Shown here piece by piece: positions 17,317 to 27,592 of a stretch of 64,000 bases of DNA. Origin of the DNA: an uncultured Alphaproteobacteria bacterium (GTDB taxonomy: Bacteria > Pseudomonadota > Alphaproteobacteria > Rickettsiales > UBA998); assembly GCA_963803575.1 (NCBI GenBank), contig CAWDMW010000002.1:1314308-1378307 (forward strand), given 5' to 3'. Positions within the stretch are counted from its first letter, which is position 1. Every line of letters begins with the position of its first letter. A model generated the notes under the pieces. That model had not been told where the DNA came from and searched no databases. It saw only the letters and a list, made by a program, of their open reading frames with translations. Position numbers and translations under genes: made by a program.

Positions 17317-17364
17317 ACTGTATATATGGTGTAACGTGACTTACACCTACAACATATAGTATGG
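17317..17364. promoter_or_regulatory. two candidate NrdR boxes upstream of nrdA
   Basis: ACTGTATATATGGTGT (17317-17332) and ACAACATATAGTATGG (17349-17364) resemble the acaCwAtATaTwGtgt consensus. Centres are 32 bp apart, which is typical tandem spacing. The second box has about 5 mismatches. Confidence 0.4.
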
Positions 17365-17514
17365 CCGCGCAAGAGCGAAAATCAACAGATTATGTGATAT
17401 GTCTGTAATTTTAGAGCAACTCTATGTGTACGAGCAGGTGAGTTATTGGTAATGTCAGGCATATGCTGCAACAAACGGTTTACTTGGTATGGCAAACGCG
17501 CTTTAATGCACGGT

Positions 17515-18276
17515 ATGACACAGACAGATCACACGCAGTATCATTCTACCCATTTTGGGTTTCAGCCTGTTGATGAAACACGTAAAGAACCCATGGTGCA
17601 AAATGTGTTTAGTCGTGTTGCAAGCAGTTATGACCTGATGAATGATGCCATGAGTGCTGGCATTCATCATCACTGGAAAGACAGACTCATAGACACGTTA
17701 CGCCCCAATGCTTCTATGCGCTTACTGGATGTGGCAGGTGGTACCGGAGATGTAGCGTTTCGTTTCCTGAAAGCAGGGGGAGGATATGTAACAGTATCTG
17801 ACCTGAATGAAGATATGTTAAGGGTCGGGCAGTCACGTGCGATTGATCGTAATCTGGATATAGAGTGTATGGATTGGTTGCCAGCCAATGCACAGTCACT
17901 GCCATGCCAAGATGCCTCGTATGATGCGTATACTATCAGTTTCGGTATTCGCAATGTAACCCATCTAGATCAGGCACTGTCTGAAGCACATCGTGTGCTG
18001 AGGCGTGGTGGACGGTTTTTGTGTCTGGAATTTGCTGTTCCCTCCAATGAGTGGATACGACAGGCCTACCACGCCTATTCATTTAATGTGATTCCTAAAC
18101 TGGGGAAAATGTTGGCGAATGATGAGGCATCTTATCAATATCTGGTGGAATCAATAGAGCAGTTTCCTGATCCCGATCTGTTTGCAACGCTCATAGAAGA
18201 TGCGGGTTTTGACCGTGTGACATACCGCACAATGACAAGCGGTGTGGTAGCCATTCATTCAGGATGGAAATTATAA
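17515..18276 (+). CDS. ubiE: ubiquinone/menaquinone biosynthesis C-methyltransferase
   Basis: MTQTDHTQYHSTHFGFQPVDETRKEPMVQNVFSRVASSYDLMNDAMSAGIHHHWK parallels the E. coli UbiE N-terminus, and the SAM motif LLDVAGGTGD is present. The ORF is open from 17446. Confidence 0.9.
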   Translation: MTQTDHTQYHSTHFGFQPVDETRKEPMVQNVFSRVASSYDLMNDAMSAGIHHHWKDRLIDTLRPNASMRLLDVAGGTGDVAFRFLKAGGGYVTVSDLNEDMLRVGQSRAIDRNLDIECMDWLPANAQSLPCQDASYDAYTISFGIRNVTHLDQALSEAHRVLRRGGRFLCLEFAVPSNEWIRQAYHAYSFNVIPKLGKMLANDEASYQYLVESIEQFPDPDLFATLIEDAGFDRVTYRTMTSGVVAIHSGWKL

Positions 18277-18280
18277 CATA

Positions 18281-19831
18281 ATGATAGCAACGCTGAAAAA
18301 CTCGACTTCATTGTTTCGTATTGCCTCAGTAATGGCTAAGCATGATGCGTTGTTTGTCTTTGAGCCGTTAAGAATTTCTCCTTGCATAGATTGGTGGGGA
18401 CAGCGATTTTACGGGAAATATCGTCGTATACATAAAGATAAGCGCAATGGTGAAAAGCTGGCTAGTGCACTAGTGGATCTGGGGCCTACATTTATTAAGC
18501 TGGGGCAAGTACTTTCTACGCGCTCGGACTTGATCGGTGAAGAACTCGCACATGATCTGGCATTACTTCAGGATAAATTGCCACCTTTTCCAACAGAGCA
18601 GGCCAAGCGAATCATAGAAAGCGAACTGGAAGCGTCCTTGTGTAGTTTATACAGTGAATTTGAGGACACACCAGTGGCAGCCGCATCCATGGCGCAGGTG
18701 CATTTTGCCGTGACAACGCAAGGAGAAAACGTAGCGGTAAAGATTCTGCGCCCAGATGTAGAAAAGCGTTTTCAGCGTGATATAGCTCTTTTTGGCTGGT
18801 TAGCCGGCGTTATTGATCGAGCGGCACCGGATTTGCGACGCATGCGGCCTAAAGAGATGGTCAAGATTTTAGTCAATTCTGTGGAAATGGAACTGGACTT
18901 GCGCTACGAAGCGGCGGCGGCGGTAGAGTTGAAAGAGAACATGGAAGGAGAAGAAGGGTTTTATGTTCCTTCCATTGACTGGCAACGTACTTCATCGCGT
19001 GTCTTAACATTAGAGCGTATTTACGGGGTGCCGGGTAATGACATTGCTGGCATCAGAGAAAAAGGTCACGACCTTAATCAGATTGTGCAATACGCTGCCA
19101 ATGCTTTCTTTTGTCAGGTATTTAGGGATGGATTCTTCCATGCAGACATGCATCCGGGTAACTTATTTATCATGGATGATGGCCGCATTGCTGTAGTAGA
19201 TTTCGGAATTATGGGACGTCTGGACTATAAGAACCGTGTGTTTCTCGCGCAAATATTAAGTGGGTTTCTGCGTGAAGATTATTACCTGATTGCGAAAGTT
19301 CATGCAGAATTCGGTATTATTCCTGCGCACAAATCCGTGGATCAGTTCGCTATGGCTTGTATGGCTGTTGGCAAACCAATTTTAAACAAGAATCTGGACG
19401 AGATTTCAGTAGCTCGCTTGCTATCGCAGTTATTTAGAGTCGCAGAGACGTTTGAAATGCGCTTGCAGCCTCAATTGTTACTGTTGCAAAAAACCATGAT
19501 GCTGGCAGAAGGGATTGGCCGGTCATTGAATCCGCAAATAAATATGTGGAAGCTTTCCGAACCACTTATCATGTCATGGTATCGCCAGAATTTAAGTGCG
19601 CCTGCCATCGCTTTGGCAAAAGCACAGCATGCCAAGGAACAATTCCAGCGTCTGCCAGATATGCTGGAATCTATAGGGGATATTGTTCAAAATATCAGCG
19701 ATGGCACCATGAAAGTGGATATTCGTTCAGCGGATGCACGCGAAGGTCAGCACATGCGCGCGCGTTTGATGCGGCGCATGATTCTTTTATTGTCAATTGC
19801 CTGTGCATTATTAGTTGCAAATCTATGGTAA
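18281..19831 (+). CDS. ubiB: ubiquinone biosynthesis regulatory kinase-like protein UbiB (ABC1/AarF family)
   Basis: 516 aa with ...LGPTFIKLGQVLSTRSDL...FEDTPVAAASMAQVH...FHADMHPGNL...VDFGIMG. It starts 4 nt after ubiE. Confidence 0.9.
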   Translation: MIATLKNSTSLFRIASVMAKHDALFVFEPLRISPCIDWWGQRFYGKYRRIHKDKRNGEKLASALVDLGPTFIKLGQVLSTRSDLIGEELAHDLALLQDKLPPFPTEQAKRIIESELEASLCSLYSEFEDTPVAAASMAQVHFAVTTQGENVAVKILRPDVEKRFQRDIALFGWLAGVIDRAAPDLRRMRPKEMVKILVNSVEMELDLRYEAAAAVELKENMEGEEGFYVPSIDWQRTSSRVLTLERIYGVPGNDIAGIREKGHDLNQIVQYAANAFFCQVFRDGFFHADMHPGNLFIMDDGRIAVVDFGIMGRLDYKNRVFLAQILSGFLREDYYLIAKVHAEFGIIPAHKSVDQFAMACMAVGKPILNKNLDEISVARLLSQLFRVAETFEMRLQPQLLLLQKTMMLAEGIGRSLNPQINMWKLSEPLIMSWYRQNLSAPAIALAKAQHAKEQFQRLPDMLESIGDIVQNISDGTMKVDIRSADAREGQHMRARLMRRMILLLSIACALLVANLW

Positions 19832-19902
19832 GGGTAATTTTTTTTGGCTCTACTGTGATTCTTAGGTGTTTCTTCTTGTTTGCACTGGTATATGGTTAGG
19901 CT

Positions 19903-21825
19903 ATGCGTTATCTAGTGTTACCCTGCTTTATGCTGTTAGTCTCCCTGTGGTCGTTTTCTAGTGAAGCTGCAACACGTGAGCAAATATGGGAAATGATTTC
20001 TTCACGCCAATGGGAAAAAGCTTACCGCACAGCCCATGATGATGGCGATGTGTTTACGCGATCACTGGCTACCTGGTATTATTTGCTGCGAACAGATATT
20101 ATACCGGATGTTCGACTGTATCAGTCATTTGTCAAAAAACATCCGGACTGGCCAAAGAAAGGGCAGATGAAAGAACGTATGGAAATAGCGTTTTTGAATA
20201 TGCCGCCAACAGTTAAAGAGTTAAAAGCCTGGTTTAAACAGCATCCTCCCATGACCAGCCGAGGGACGCTACTATTGTTAGATGCCTACGGAAAACTGAC
20301 ATCTCCGCATCTGGATACGTTATGGATTGAAAGTGATTTTGCACTGGAAGAAGAGCGTCGCATTCTGTCTGAATATCGTACAGAATTGAGTGCATCTGTT
20401 CATGCAAAACGTGCCTATCGTTTATTGTGGAGCAATCAAACAAAAGCAGTGGAACGCATGATCCCGCTTTTATCTTCCGGAGCGCGAAAGCTGGTACGTG
20501 CAAGGCTAGCGCTACAACATAACAGCGTTGGAGTCGATACGCATGTTAATGCCGTTCCGTCTAAATTTGCTCAGCGTTCAGGCTTACTGTATGATCGGAT
20601 TCGTTTTCGTGCCAAGCGAGGTGATTATAAAGGGGTAGAAGAATTACTGTTGAAAGCTCCACCCAGACTCACACATGCTGATAAATGGTGGAAATATCAA
20701 AAGCGTGTCATCCGTGATGCCATTGAGCAAAAACAGTATATGACGGCCAGATTATTACTGGATAAACATAGTCAAATTCGTCCGGTACCAAGGGTTGAAG
20801 CAGAATGGTTGCGTGGCTGGTTGTATTTTGAGTTTTTAAGCAAACCGGATGTTGCAGCAGTTGCTTTTGAAAACATCTATTACACAGCAAAAATGCCTAT
20901 TAGTCGCTCGCGAGGATCGTACTGGGCAGCAAGAGCGCATGAGGCATCAGGCAGTAAAGCTAAATCACTGCAATGGTACCGTCAGGCAGCGCTTTTTCCT
21001 ACAACATTTTTCGGACAACTCGCTCATCAGCATTTGCATCCCGGAACCCCACTACCATTGCCAGCATTTATCCCGCCTAGCAATGACAATCTCAATGAGT
21101 TTGTGAATCAGGAAAAGCTGGCTGCACAATTTAAACATATGGCTCCGTCCGGTCATGCGTTTTTAGTTTGGCCACATATCATCCATAGTTTTAAAAAGCA
21201 TACATCTCCAGAGTATTTTGCGCGATTTGCCGCGTTAGCGCGCTCGGTCAAAGAGTATCCAACAGCTATTAATATCGCGAAAGAAGCGCAGAAGAAAGGG
21301 CTGTATTTATCTGATTTATTTCCGGTGGTGACCGTGCCGAACACACTGGCTGTTGATCCGGCTCTGGCGCTTGCGGTTGCACGTCAGGAAAGTCGATTCG
21401 ATCCAAAAGCCCGAAGTTCTGCGGATGCCAGAGGGTTGATGCAGTTATTGCCTTCTACCGCTAAGCGTGTGGCTAGCCGACATAACATTCCATACAATAT
21501 TAATTCGCTATATGAGCCACCCTATAATATGGTGCTTGGTAGCCATTATATGCATGGATTGCTGCAGAGATTTCGTGGCTCGCATATTTTATCTATAGCT
21601 GGATATAATGCAGGACCCGGGCGATCAGATCAGTGGTTAGAGCGCTTTGGTACTCTATCGCGTGAACGTTATCGCCATAATGTGCAGTGGACAGAAATGA
21701 TTCCTTTTGCCGAAACACGTAATTATGTTCAACGGGTGCTAGAAAATTATCATGTGTATCGCCATATTTTAAGCAGCGGCAAAAGCCCGCTTATCGCGCG
21801 GGAAGTCCTAACGGTCATGCAGTAG
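19903..21825 (+). CDS. slt: soluble lytic murein transglycosylase (Slt70-like)
   Basis: Signal peptide, a long superhelical N-terminal region, and a C-terminal SLT domain ...ARQESRFDPKARSSADARGLMQLLPSTAK...AGYNAGPG. Confidence 0.85.
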   Translation: MRYLVLPCFMLLVSLWSFSSEAATREQIWEMISSRQWEKAYRTAHDDGDVFTRSLATWYYLLRTDIIPDVRLYQSFVKKHPDWPKKGQMKERMEIAFLNMPPTVKELKAWFKQHPPMTSRGTLLLLDAYGKLTSPHLDTLWIESDFALEEERRILSEYRTELSASVHAKRAYRLLWSNQTKAVERMIPLLSSGARKLVRARLALQHNSVGVDTHVNAVPSKFAQRSGLLYDRIRFRAKRGDYKGVEELLLKAPPRLTHADKWWKYQKRVIRDAIEQKQYMTARLLLDKHSQIRPVPRVEAEWLRGWLYFEFLSKPDVAAVAFENIYYTAKMPISRSRGSYWAARAHEASGSKAKSLQWYRQAALFPTTFFGQLAHQHLHPGTPLPLPAFIPPSNDNLNEFVNQEKLAAQFKHMAPSGHAFLVWPHIIHSFKKHTSPEYFARFAALARSVKEYPTAINIAKEAQKKGLYLSDLFPVVTVPNTLAVDPALALAVARQESRFDPKARSSADARGLMQLLPSTAKRVASRHNIPYNINSLYEPPYNMVLGSHYMHGLLQRFRGSHILSIAGYNAGPGRSDQWLERFGTLSRERYRHNVQWTEMIPFAETRNYVQRVLENYHVYRHILSSGKSPLIAREVLTVMQ

Positions 21826-21832
21826 GTTGCAT

Positions 21833-23110
21833 TTACATGCTACTATAGTTAGATATTAATTCATCGTAAGACGGGCGAGGGCGTATGACGCGAAACGAAT
21901 CACCGTCTACTAACACTTCCGGTATGACAAGCCGGCTATTATAGGTAGAACTCATGCTAGCTCCATATGCACCAGCACTACGCAATGCTAAAAGATCGTC
22001 TCGCTGCATGTGCGGCAAAGAAACATTGCGGCCAAATACGTCACTAGACTCACAGACAGGCCCCACCACATCGTAAGCTTGTGTGCAATCCTGCTGTTTC
22101 ACCGGAATCATTTGGTGGAATGCGTCATACATTGCCGGGCGCAACAGGTCATTCATACCCGTATCAATGATGAGAAACTGGCGATTTGGCGTTGTTTTAT
22201 GGTAAATTACGCGTGAGACAACGATACCGGCATTACCTGCAATCAGTCTGCCCGGTTCAAACGCAAACGTAGCATCCAGCCCTTGCATCACGCTTGTGAC
22301 CATTTCACCGTAATCAACAGGTAAAGGTGGTGTCCCCTCATGCTCATGGTATGGGATGCCAAGACCTCCGCCTAAATCCACCACATCAATAGTGTAGCCA
22401 TCACGACGCATTGCTTCCACAAATTGACGCACACGAATAAATGCTTGTCTGAACGGTTCCAGACTAGTGAGTTGTGATCCAATATGTACGGAAACGCCTT
22501 GCACCTGTATATGTGGCAGTTCATTTGCCTGACGATATATCTCATGTGCCAGATCAATAGGGATGCCAAACTTAGAATCATTGCGCCCCGTCGTGATTTT
22601 TTCATGCGTACCCGCATCCACATCCGGGTTGATACGCAGGGCAATGGGTGCCACACAGTTACAGGACTGCGCAACATCGTTTAATACGTGTAATTCTTCT
22701 GATGATTCGACATTGAACTGAAAGATACCTTGCTTGAGCGCATAATGCATTTCTGTACGCGTTTTGCCCACGCCAGAAAAAATAATCTGATCGGCAGGAA
22801 TGCCGGCTACCAGTGCAAGCCTGATCTCTCCTTCTGACACCACATCGGCCCCTGCTCCTGCCTCATGCAAAATGCGTAGAATATGAGGGTTGCTATTTGC
22901 CTTCACCGCAAAGCAAATGCGTGGATTTAACGCTTCCAGACCGGAGGCAAACACCTGCATATGGTGACGCAAAGTTGCTGTGGAATAGCAATAAAACGGT
23001 GTACCGACCGCATCAGCAATATCATTTACAGCAACGTTCTCTGCGTAAAGTGTACCGTTTTTATATTGGAAATGATCCACCTTTACTGCGCTCCTGTTGC
23101 TGTCGTTCAT
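21833..23110 (-). CDS. lysA: diaminopimelate decarboxylase
   Basis: 425 aa with ...FYCYSTATLRHH...CFAVKANSN (PLP lysine)...GGGLGIPY...CESSD.... Confidence 0.93.
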   Translation of the reverse strand: MNDSNRSAVKVDHFQYKNGTLYAENVAVNDIADAVGTPFYCYSTATLRHHMQVFASGLEALNPRICFAVKANSNPHILRILHEAGAGADVVSEGEIRLALVAGIPADQIIFSGVGKTRTEMHYALKQGIFQFNVESSEELHVLNDVAQSCNCVAPIALRINPDVDAGTHEKITTGRNDSKFGIPIDLAHEIYRQANELPHIQVQGVSVHIGSQLTSLEPFRQAFIRVRQFVEAMRRDGYTIDVVDLGGGLGIPYHEHEGTPPLPVDYGEMVTSVMQGLDATFAFEPGRLIAGNAGIVVSRVIYHKTTPNRQFLIIDTGMNDLLRPAMYDAFHQMIPVKQQDCTQAYDVVGPVCESSDVFGRNVSLPHMQRDDLLALRSAGAYGASMSSTYNSRLVIPEVLVDGDSFRVIRPRPSYDELISNYSSM

Positions 23111-23204
23111 ATTCGGGAGCGTCAGATGGTTTCACCAGCTCTCCTTTAATACCGCACCCTGATAATATAAGAATCGTGAAAATTATATAGAAATATTTAT
23201 GCAT
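23061..23204 (-). CDS. small lipoprotein, LptM/YifL/LppL-like (47 aa; not in the ORF track)
   Basis: My manual translation is MHKYFYIIFTILILSGCGIKGELVKPSDAPEYERQQQERSKGGSFPI*. It has the lipobox LSGC followed by G-[IL]-KG-x-L as in E. coli LptM (TGCGLKGPL). The ATG overlaps the argH stop (ATGCATAA) and the 3' end overlaps the lysA start. Confidence 0.6.
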   Translation of the reverse strand: MHKYFYIIFTILILSGCGIKGELVKPSDAPEYERQQQERSKGGSFPI

Positions 23205-24624
23205 ATATATGTTCTTTTGCCGCTTTGATTGCTTCATGTACTTTCACAGGCGCTGTACCACCAAAGCTATGGCGGCTTGCAACAGAATGTTCTACGCTTA
23301 GCACAGTATAAATGTCTTGAGTGATACGACGTTCAACAGACTGCATCTCTTCCAGCGATATTTCCCATAAGTAACATGCTTGCCGCTCCGCCAGCCCAAC
23401 AATGCGACCTGTAATGTGATGTGCATCACGAAATGCGATACCCAGTTCACGCACCAACCAATCAGCCAAGTCTGTTGCTGTAGAGTAACCTTGCTTTGCT
23501 GCTTCCAGCATGGCTTCCTTGTGAACCGTGAGATCTGCAATCATCTCATTCATTGCTAATAAGCACAAACGCAGCGATTGTGTTGTGTCAAACACTGGTT
23601 CTTTGTCTTCCTGCAAATCTTTGTTATAGGCGAGGGGGGTGCCTTTGATGACGGTCAATAACTGAATCAGGTTGCCATTAATGCGCCCTGTTTTTGCACG
23701 GATTAATTCCGCAGCGTCAGGATTGCGTTTTTGTGGCATAATGGAACTGCCGGAGGTCAATGATTCTGGCAGGGTAATAAACTTTACCAATGCAGATGAC
23801 CAGACAACCAATTCTTCAGCTAACCGCGATAGGTTCGACACGCAAATAGCGGCGTGGCTAATATATTCTATCGCTACATCTCTTGAAGCTACCGCGTCTA
23901 ATGAGTTACGACAAGGTCGTGCAAACCCTAAAGAAGATGCAGTCTGTTTTCGGTCGATAGGAAATGATGTGCCAGCCAGTGCAGCAGCACCCAAAGGACA
24001 TTCATTCACACGTACAACAAGCCCAGAAAACCGTGCATAATCGCGCAAAAACATCTCATGATAGGCCATTAGATGATGGGCAAAGGTGACAGGTTGTGCG
24101 GTTTGCAAATGCGTAAAACCTGGCATGATCGTGTCAGTATGTTGCTCAGCAACAGCCAGCAAGGTCTGGTTTAATCCTTGCAATAACGTTTTAACTTCAT
24201 TGATATTTTGACGTAAATATAGCCGAATGTCTGTAGCAACCTGATCGTTTCTTGAGCGCGCCGTATGTAGCTTACCTGCAACATCCCCAATAAGTTCTTT
24301 AAGACGAGCCTCAATATGCATGTGGATATCTTCCAGCTCTGGCTGCCATTGCATCTGGCCATCAGCAATTTCAGCGTTAATCTGATTCAGCCCGTCACTG
24401 ATACGTTTAGCTTCATCCTGCGTAACAATTCCCGTATTGGCAAGCATCGCCACATGTGCCAATGAGCCTCGAATATCGTATGCATACAGTGCGTTATCGA
24501 AGCCAATAGATGCATTCAGTGTTGCCATGATCTCAGAAGCACCTTGCGCGTAATGCCCACCCCACATAGGGTTTGCTTTGGAAGCCAATGAATCATTTTG
24601 CTTGTGTTTTTCTGATACGGTCAT
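23197..24624 (-). CDS. argH: argininosuccinate lyase
   Basis: 475 aa with ...WGGHYAQG...HTARSRNDQVATD...GSSIMPQKRNPD (fumarate-lyase signature). Confidence 0.95.
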   Translation of the reverse strand: MTVSEKHKQNDSLASKANPMWGGHYAQGASEIMATLNASIGFDNALYAYDIRGSLAHVAMLANTGIVTQDEAKRISDGLNQINAEIADGQMQWQPELEDIHMHIEARLKELIGDVAGKLHTARSRNDQVATDIRLYLRQNINEVKTLLQGLNQTLLAVAEQHTDTIMPGFTHLQTAQPVTFAHHLMAYHEMFLRDYARFSGLVVRVNECPLGAAALAGTSFPIDRKQTASSLGFARPCRNSLDAVASRDVAIEYISHAAICVSNLSRLAEELVVWSSALVKFITLPESLTSGSSIMPQKRNPDAAELIRAKTGRINGNLIQLLTVIKGTPLAYNKDLQEDKEPVFDTTQSLRLCLLAMNEMIADLTVHKEAMLEAAKQGYSTATDLADWLVRELGIAFRDAHHITGRIVGLAERQACYLWEISLEEMQSVERRITQDIYTVLSVEHSVASRHSFGGTAPVKVHEAIKAAKEHIYA

Positions 24625-24636
24625 AATCTGGGGGCA

Positions 24637-25200
24637 ATGAAAAGATATTCTTTTACCTTAGACCGGAAATGCTGGATACTCGCAACCTTTTTCTTAGTAT
24701 GGAGTGGGGTGGCCGCTGCAAAAGATACGGCTGTACCGCTGACAGAAAACAGCCCTATTTTTGTGCAAACTGAAACGGTGTCTTTCCCAAATATTGGATT
24801 CTATACACCGTCTGGCGAATATGAGCGACTTTCACATAGTAATGGCACGCTTCGCCTCATCAGTTTTTGGGCAACGTGGTGCATACCTTGCATTGCAGAG
24901 TTACCACAACTGCAAACATTACAAAACCACTATGGCAAAAAGCTACATATCATCATGATAGGGGAAGATCAAAAGGGCTTTAAAACCATGCAGCCATTTA
25001 TTAACAAGCATGGCCTGCAAAACCTGACATATCGCTGGGACAAACGCAGTACAGAGTTTCGTAAACTTCGTATGCGCGGCCTGCCAGCTTCTTTTCTAAT
25101 TGATGAGGATGGTCACTGGGTTGCTACGGTACAGGGAAAGATTGACTGGCTGGCAAAAGACATCAAACATCTGCTAGATACACAGATACATAAAGAATAA
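24637..25200 (+). CDS. tlpA: TlpA/ResA-like periplasmic thiol:disulfide oxidoreductase
   Basis: Signal/anchor segment followed by a thioredoxin fold with FWATWCIPCIAELP (CxxC). It is divergent from argH, as in many alphaproteobacteria. Confidence 0.8.
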   Translation: MKRYSFTLDRKCWILATFFLVWSGVAAAKDTAVPLTENSPIFVQTETVSFPNIGFYTPSGEYERLSHSNGTLRLISFWATWCIPCIAELPQLQTLQNHYGKKLHIIMIGEDQKGFKTMQPFINKHGLQNLTYRWDKRSTEFRKLRMRGLPASFLIDEDGHWVATVQGKIDWLAKDIKHLLDTQIHKE

Positions 25201-25264
25201 ATTTGTGTTCTTTGTAGCAATATGGCACTTCTAGCGCTTTCAATATTTCGAGTACTCAACACAT

Positions 25265-26800
25265 ATGACTCCTGCGTACATTACAACTCCTATCTATTAT
25301 GTGAATGACAAGCCGCATATTGGCCATGCATACACCTCAATTGCCTGTGATGCCTTAGCGCGGTTCAAGCGTATGGAAGGTACAGAGGTGTATTTTTTAA
25401 CCGGTACAGATGAACACGGCCAGAAAGTGGAACAATCCGCTGAAAAATCAGGGCTTTCACCGCAAGAATTTAGCGACATGGTGTCTGAATCATTTCGTGA
25501 TCTGGTAGATGAGTTAAACTTGTCTAATAATGACTTTATCCGTACGACAGAACCTCGTCATTACCGCGCTGCACAAGCTATGTGGAAACAATTGCACGAA
25601 AGCGGTGATATTTATCTGGGGAGTTACGCTGGATGGTATTCTGTGCGTGACGAAGCTTTTTATGCTGAAAGCGAATTAATCGAAGGCAAAGCACCTACTG
25701 GCGCTGATGTGGAATGGGTGGAGGAACCGAGTTACTTCTTTCGTTTATCAAAGTGGCAGGATAAATTGCTTGCTTTCTATGATGAACACCCTGACTTCAT
25801 TATGCCGTCTTCGCGCCGCAATGAGGTTATTTCCTTTGTGAAAGGTGGATTGCATGATCTTTCTATTTCGCGCACTACTTTTTCCTGGGGTGTTCCGGTG
25901 CCGGGCGATGAATCGCACATTATGTATGTATGGCTGGATGCGCTAACGAATTACTTAACCGCTCTAGGGTACCCTGATAAGGATAGCGACACATATAAAC
26001 AGTTTTGGCAGGAAGGCAACGTTACGCATGTGGTGGGGAAAGATATATTACGGTTTCATGCTGTTTACTGGCCAGCTTTCCTGATGAGTGCCGGTTTATC
26101 TGTGCCAAAACAGATTTTTGCTCATGGCTGGTGGACAAATGAAGGACAAAAGATTTCAAAATCAGTGGGGAATGTCATTAAACCAGAGCAGCTGATTGAA
26201 ACATATGGTCTGGATCAAACACGGTATTTTCTGCTAAGAGAAGTACCGTTTGGTAATGATGGCAATTTTTCACGGCTGGCTATGGTACAACGGTTAAATA
26301 GTGAGTTATCAAACACGATTGGCAATTTGGCGCAGCGTAGTCTGGCCATGGTGCATAAGCATTGCGAGAGCAGGGTGCCTTCAAATGAGGCGATTGAAGC
26401 GCAGGATACGAAGATGTTGAATGCTATTTATGAAAGCCTTGCCCCGTTCACTGATGCGATGAACAACTTGCAGTTTAGTCATGCTATAGAAGTGATATTG
26501 GACAATGCACGAACATTGAATGAATATATCGACGCTCAGGCACCATGGGTGTTGCGTAAACAACATGTGGCGCGTATGCAGGCAGTGTTATATGCGTTGC
26601 TGGAGGGTATCCGCATCATCAGCTTATGTTTACAACCGTTTATTCCTGATTCAGCTGATAAGCTGTTATTCCAGCTGGGTGTATCCTCTGACACACGAAA
26701 CGTGGTCGCGATGACATCTGGATATGCCTTAAGGCCAAACGCTATCTTACCTGCGCCGGAACCTGTTTTTCCTCGCTTCGAGGTAGGAGACTCTTTGTAA
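25265..26800 (+). CDS. metG: methionine--tRNA ligase (short form)
   Basis: ...ITTPIYYVNDKPHIGHAYT (HIGH)...KISKSVGN (KMSKS). Confidence 0.95.
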   Translation: MTPAYITTPIYYVNDKPHIGHAYTSIACDALARFKRMEGTEVYFLTGTDEHGQKVEQSAEKSGLSPQEFSDMVSESFRDLVDELNLSNNDFIRTTEPRHYRAAQAMWKQLHESGDIYLGSYAGWYSVRDEAFYAESELIEGKAPTGADVEWVEEPSYFFRLSKWQDKLLAFYDEHPDFIMPSSRRNEVISFVKGGLHDLSISRTTFSWGVPVPGDESHIMYVWLDALTNYLTALGYPDKDSDTYKQFWQEGNVTHVVGKDILRFHAVYWPAFLMSAGLSVPKQIFAHGWWTNEGQKISKSVGNVIKPEQLIETYGLDQTRYFLLREVPFGNDGNFSRLAMVQRLNSELSNTIGNLAQRSLAMVHKHCESRVPSNEAIEAQDTKMLNAIYESLAPFTDAMNNLQFSHAIEVILDNARTLNEYIDAQAPWVLRKQHVARMQAVLYALLEGIRIISLCLQPFIPDSADKLLFQLGVSSDTRNVVAMTSGYALRPNAILPAPEPVFPRFEVGDSL

Positions 26801-26807
26801 GGTAGCT

Positions 26808-27563
26808 GTGTTTATACGTATCCTATGCATAGCTATCATAACCCTATGGCTTCAGGGTAGCGTCGTTTGTTTAGCATCACCATTGAGCAATGTAGGCGGT
26901 GCAACCGTACAAGACGGTTTGCATACTATGGAATGGCGCGGTGCTTATGAGCTTGATGAGTCGGGCAAACGAAATCATCAGCGTTTTAGAATGCGTCAAC
27001 ATTATGATATTGGCTTTACGGATTGGTATGCAGGGCGCGTCTCTGTCGTGCAGAACAAACTGGATGAAGAGACATTACAGCATCAGAATATTACCATTGA
27101 GAATCGCTTTCAATTAATTGAAGAGCGTGATTATGGATGGAATGGCGGTATACGTCTTAACTATACTCACGCTCGCAACAATGTACCGGACCATGCAGAT
27201 GTGCGTCTTATTGCTAACGTTCCTTTCAATCATCAATGGGAATGGCGCTACGATACTGTCTTGCGCCATGAGATAGGAGAACGCAGACAAAACGGTATTC
27301 AGGCAGCCATACGTAACCGTGTAACACGTGCATTTGATTTACATAGTCACTATATTGATTCGGTTATTACAGGGGTTGAACTGTTTAACAATCTGGGGTT
27401 CATCCGTCAAAAGGGTAATAATCGCGATCAAACACACATAGCAGGTGTTATGGGCAGAATACATATGAAAGATAGTTTCTACATTCAGTCACATTACCGT
27501 AAAGGCTTGTCGAACGCTTCAGTAGATCATGGTATGGGGCTGATTATAGGAAAACGTTTTTGA
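26808..27563 (+). CDS. putative outer-membrane beta-barrel protein
   Basis: GTG start, signal peptide MFIRILCIAIITLWLQGSVVCLA, alternating amphipathic beta-like segments, and a C-terminal ...GLIIGKRF ending in Phe. Confidence 0.5.
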   Translation: MFIRILCIAIITLWLQGSVVCLASPLSNVGGATVQDGLHTMEWRGAYELDESGKRNHQRFRMRQHYDIGFTDWYAGRVSVVQNKLDEETLQHQNITIENRFQLIEERDYGWNGGIRLNYTHARNNVPDHADVRLIANVPFNHQWEWRYDTVLRHEIGERRQNGIQAAIRNRVTRAFDLHSHYIDSVITGVELFNNLGFIRQKGNNRDQTHIAGVMGRIHMKDSFYIQSHYRKGLSNASVDHGMGLIIGKRF

Positions 27564-27592
27564 AGATATACGCATTTAGATATGACGCTTAA

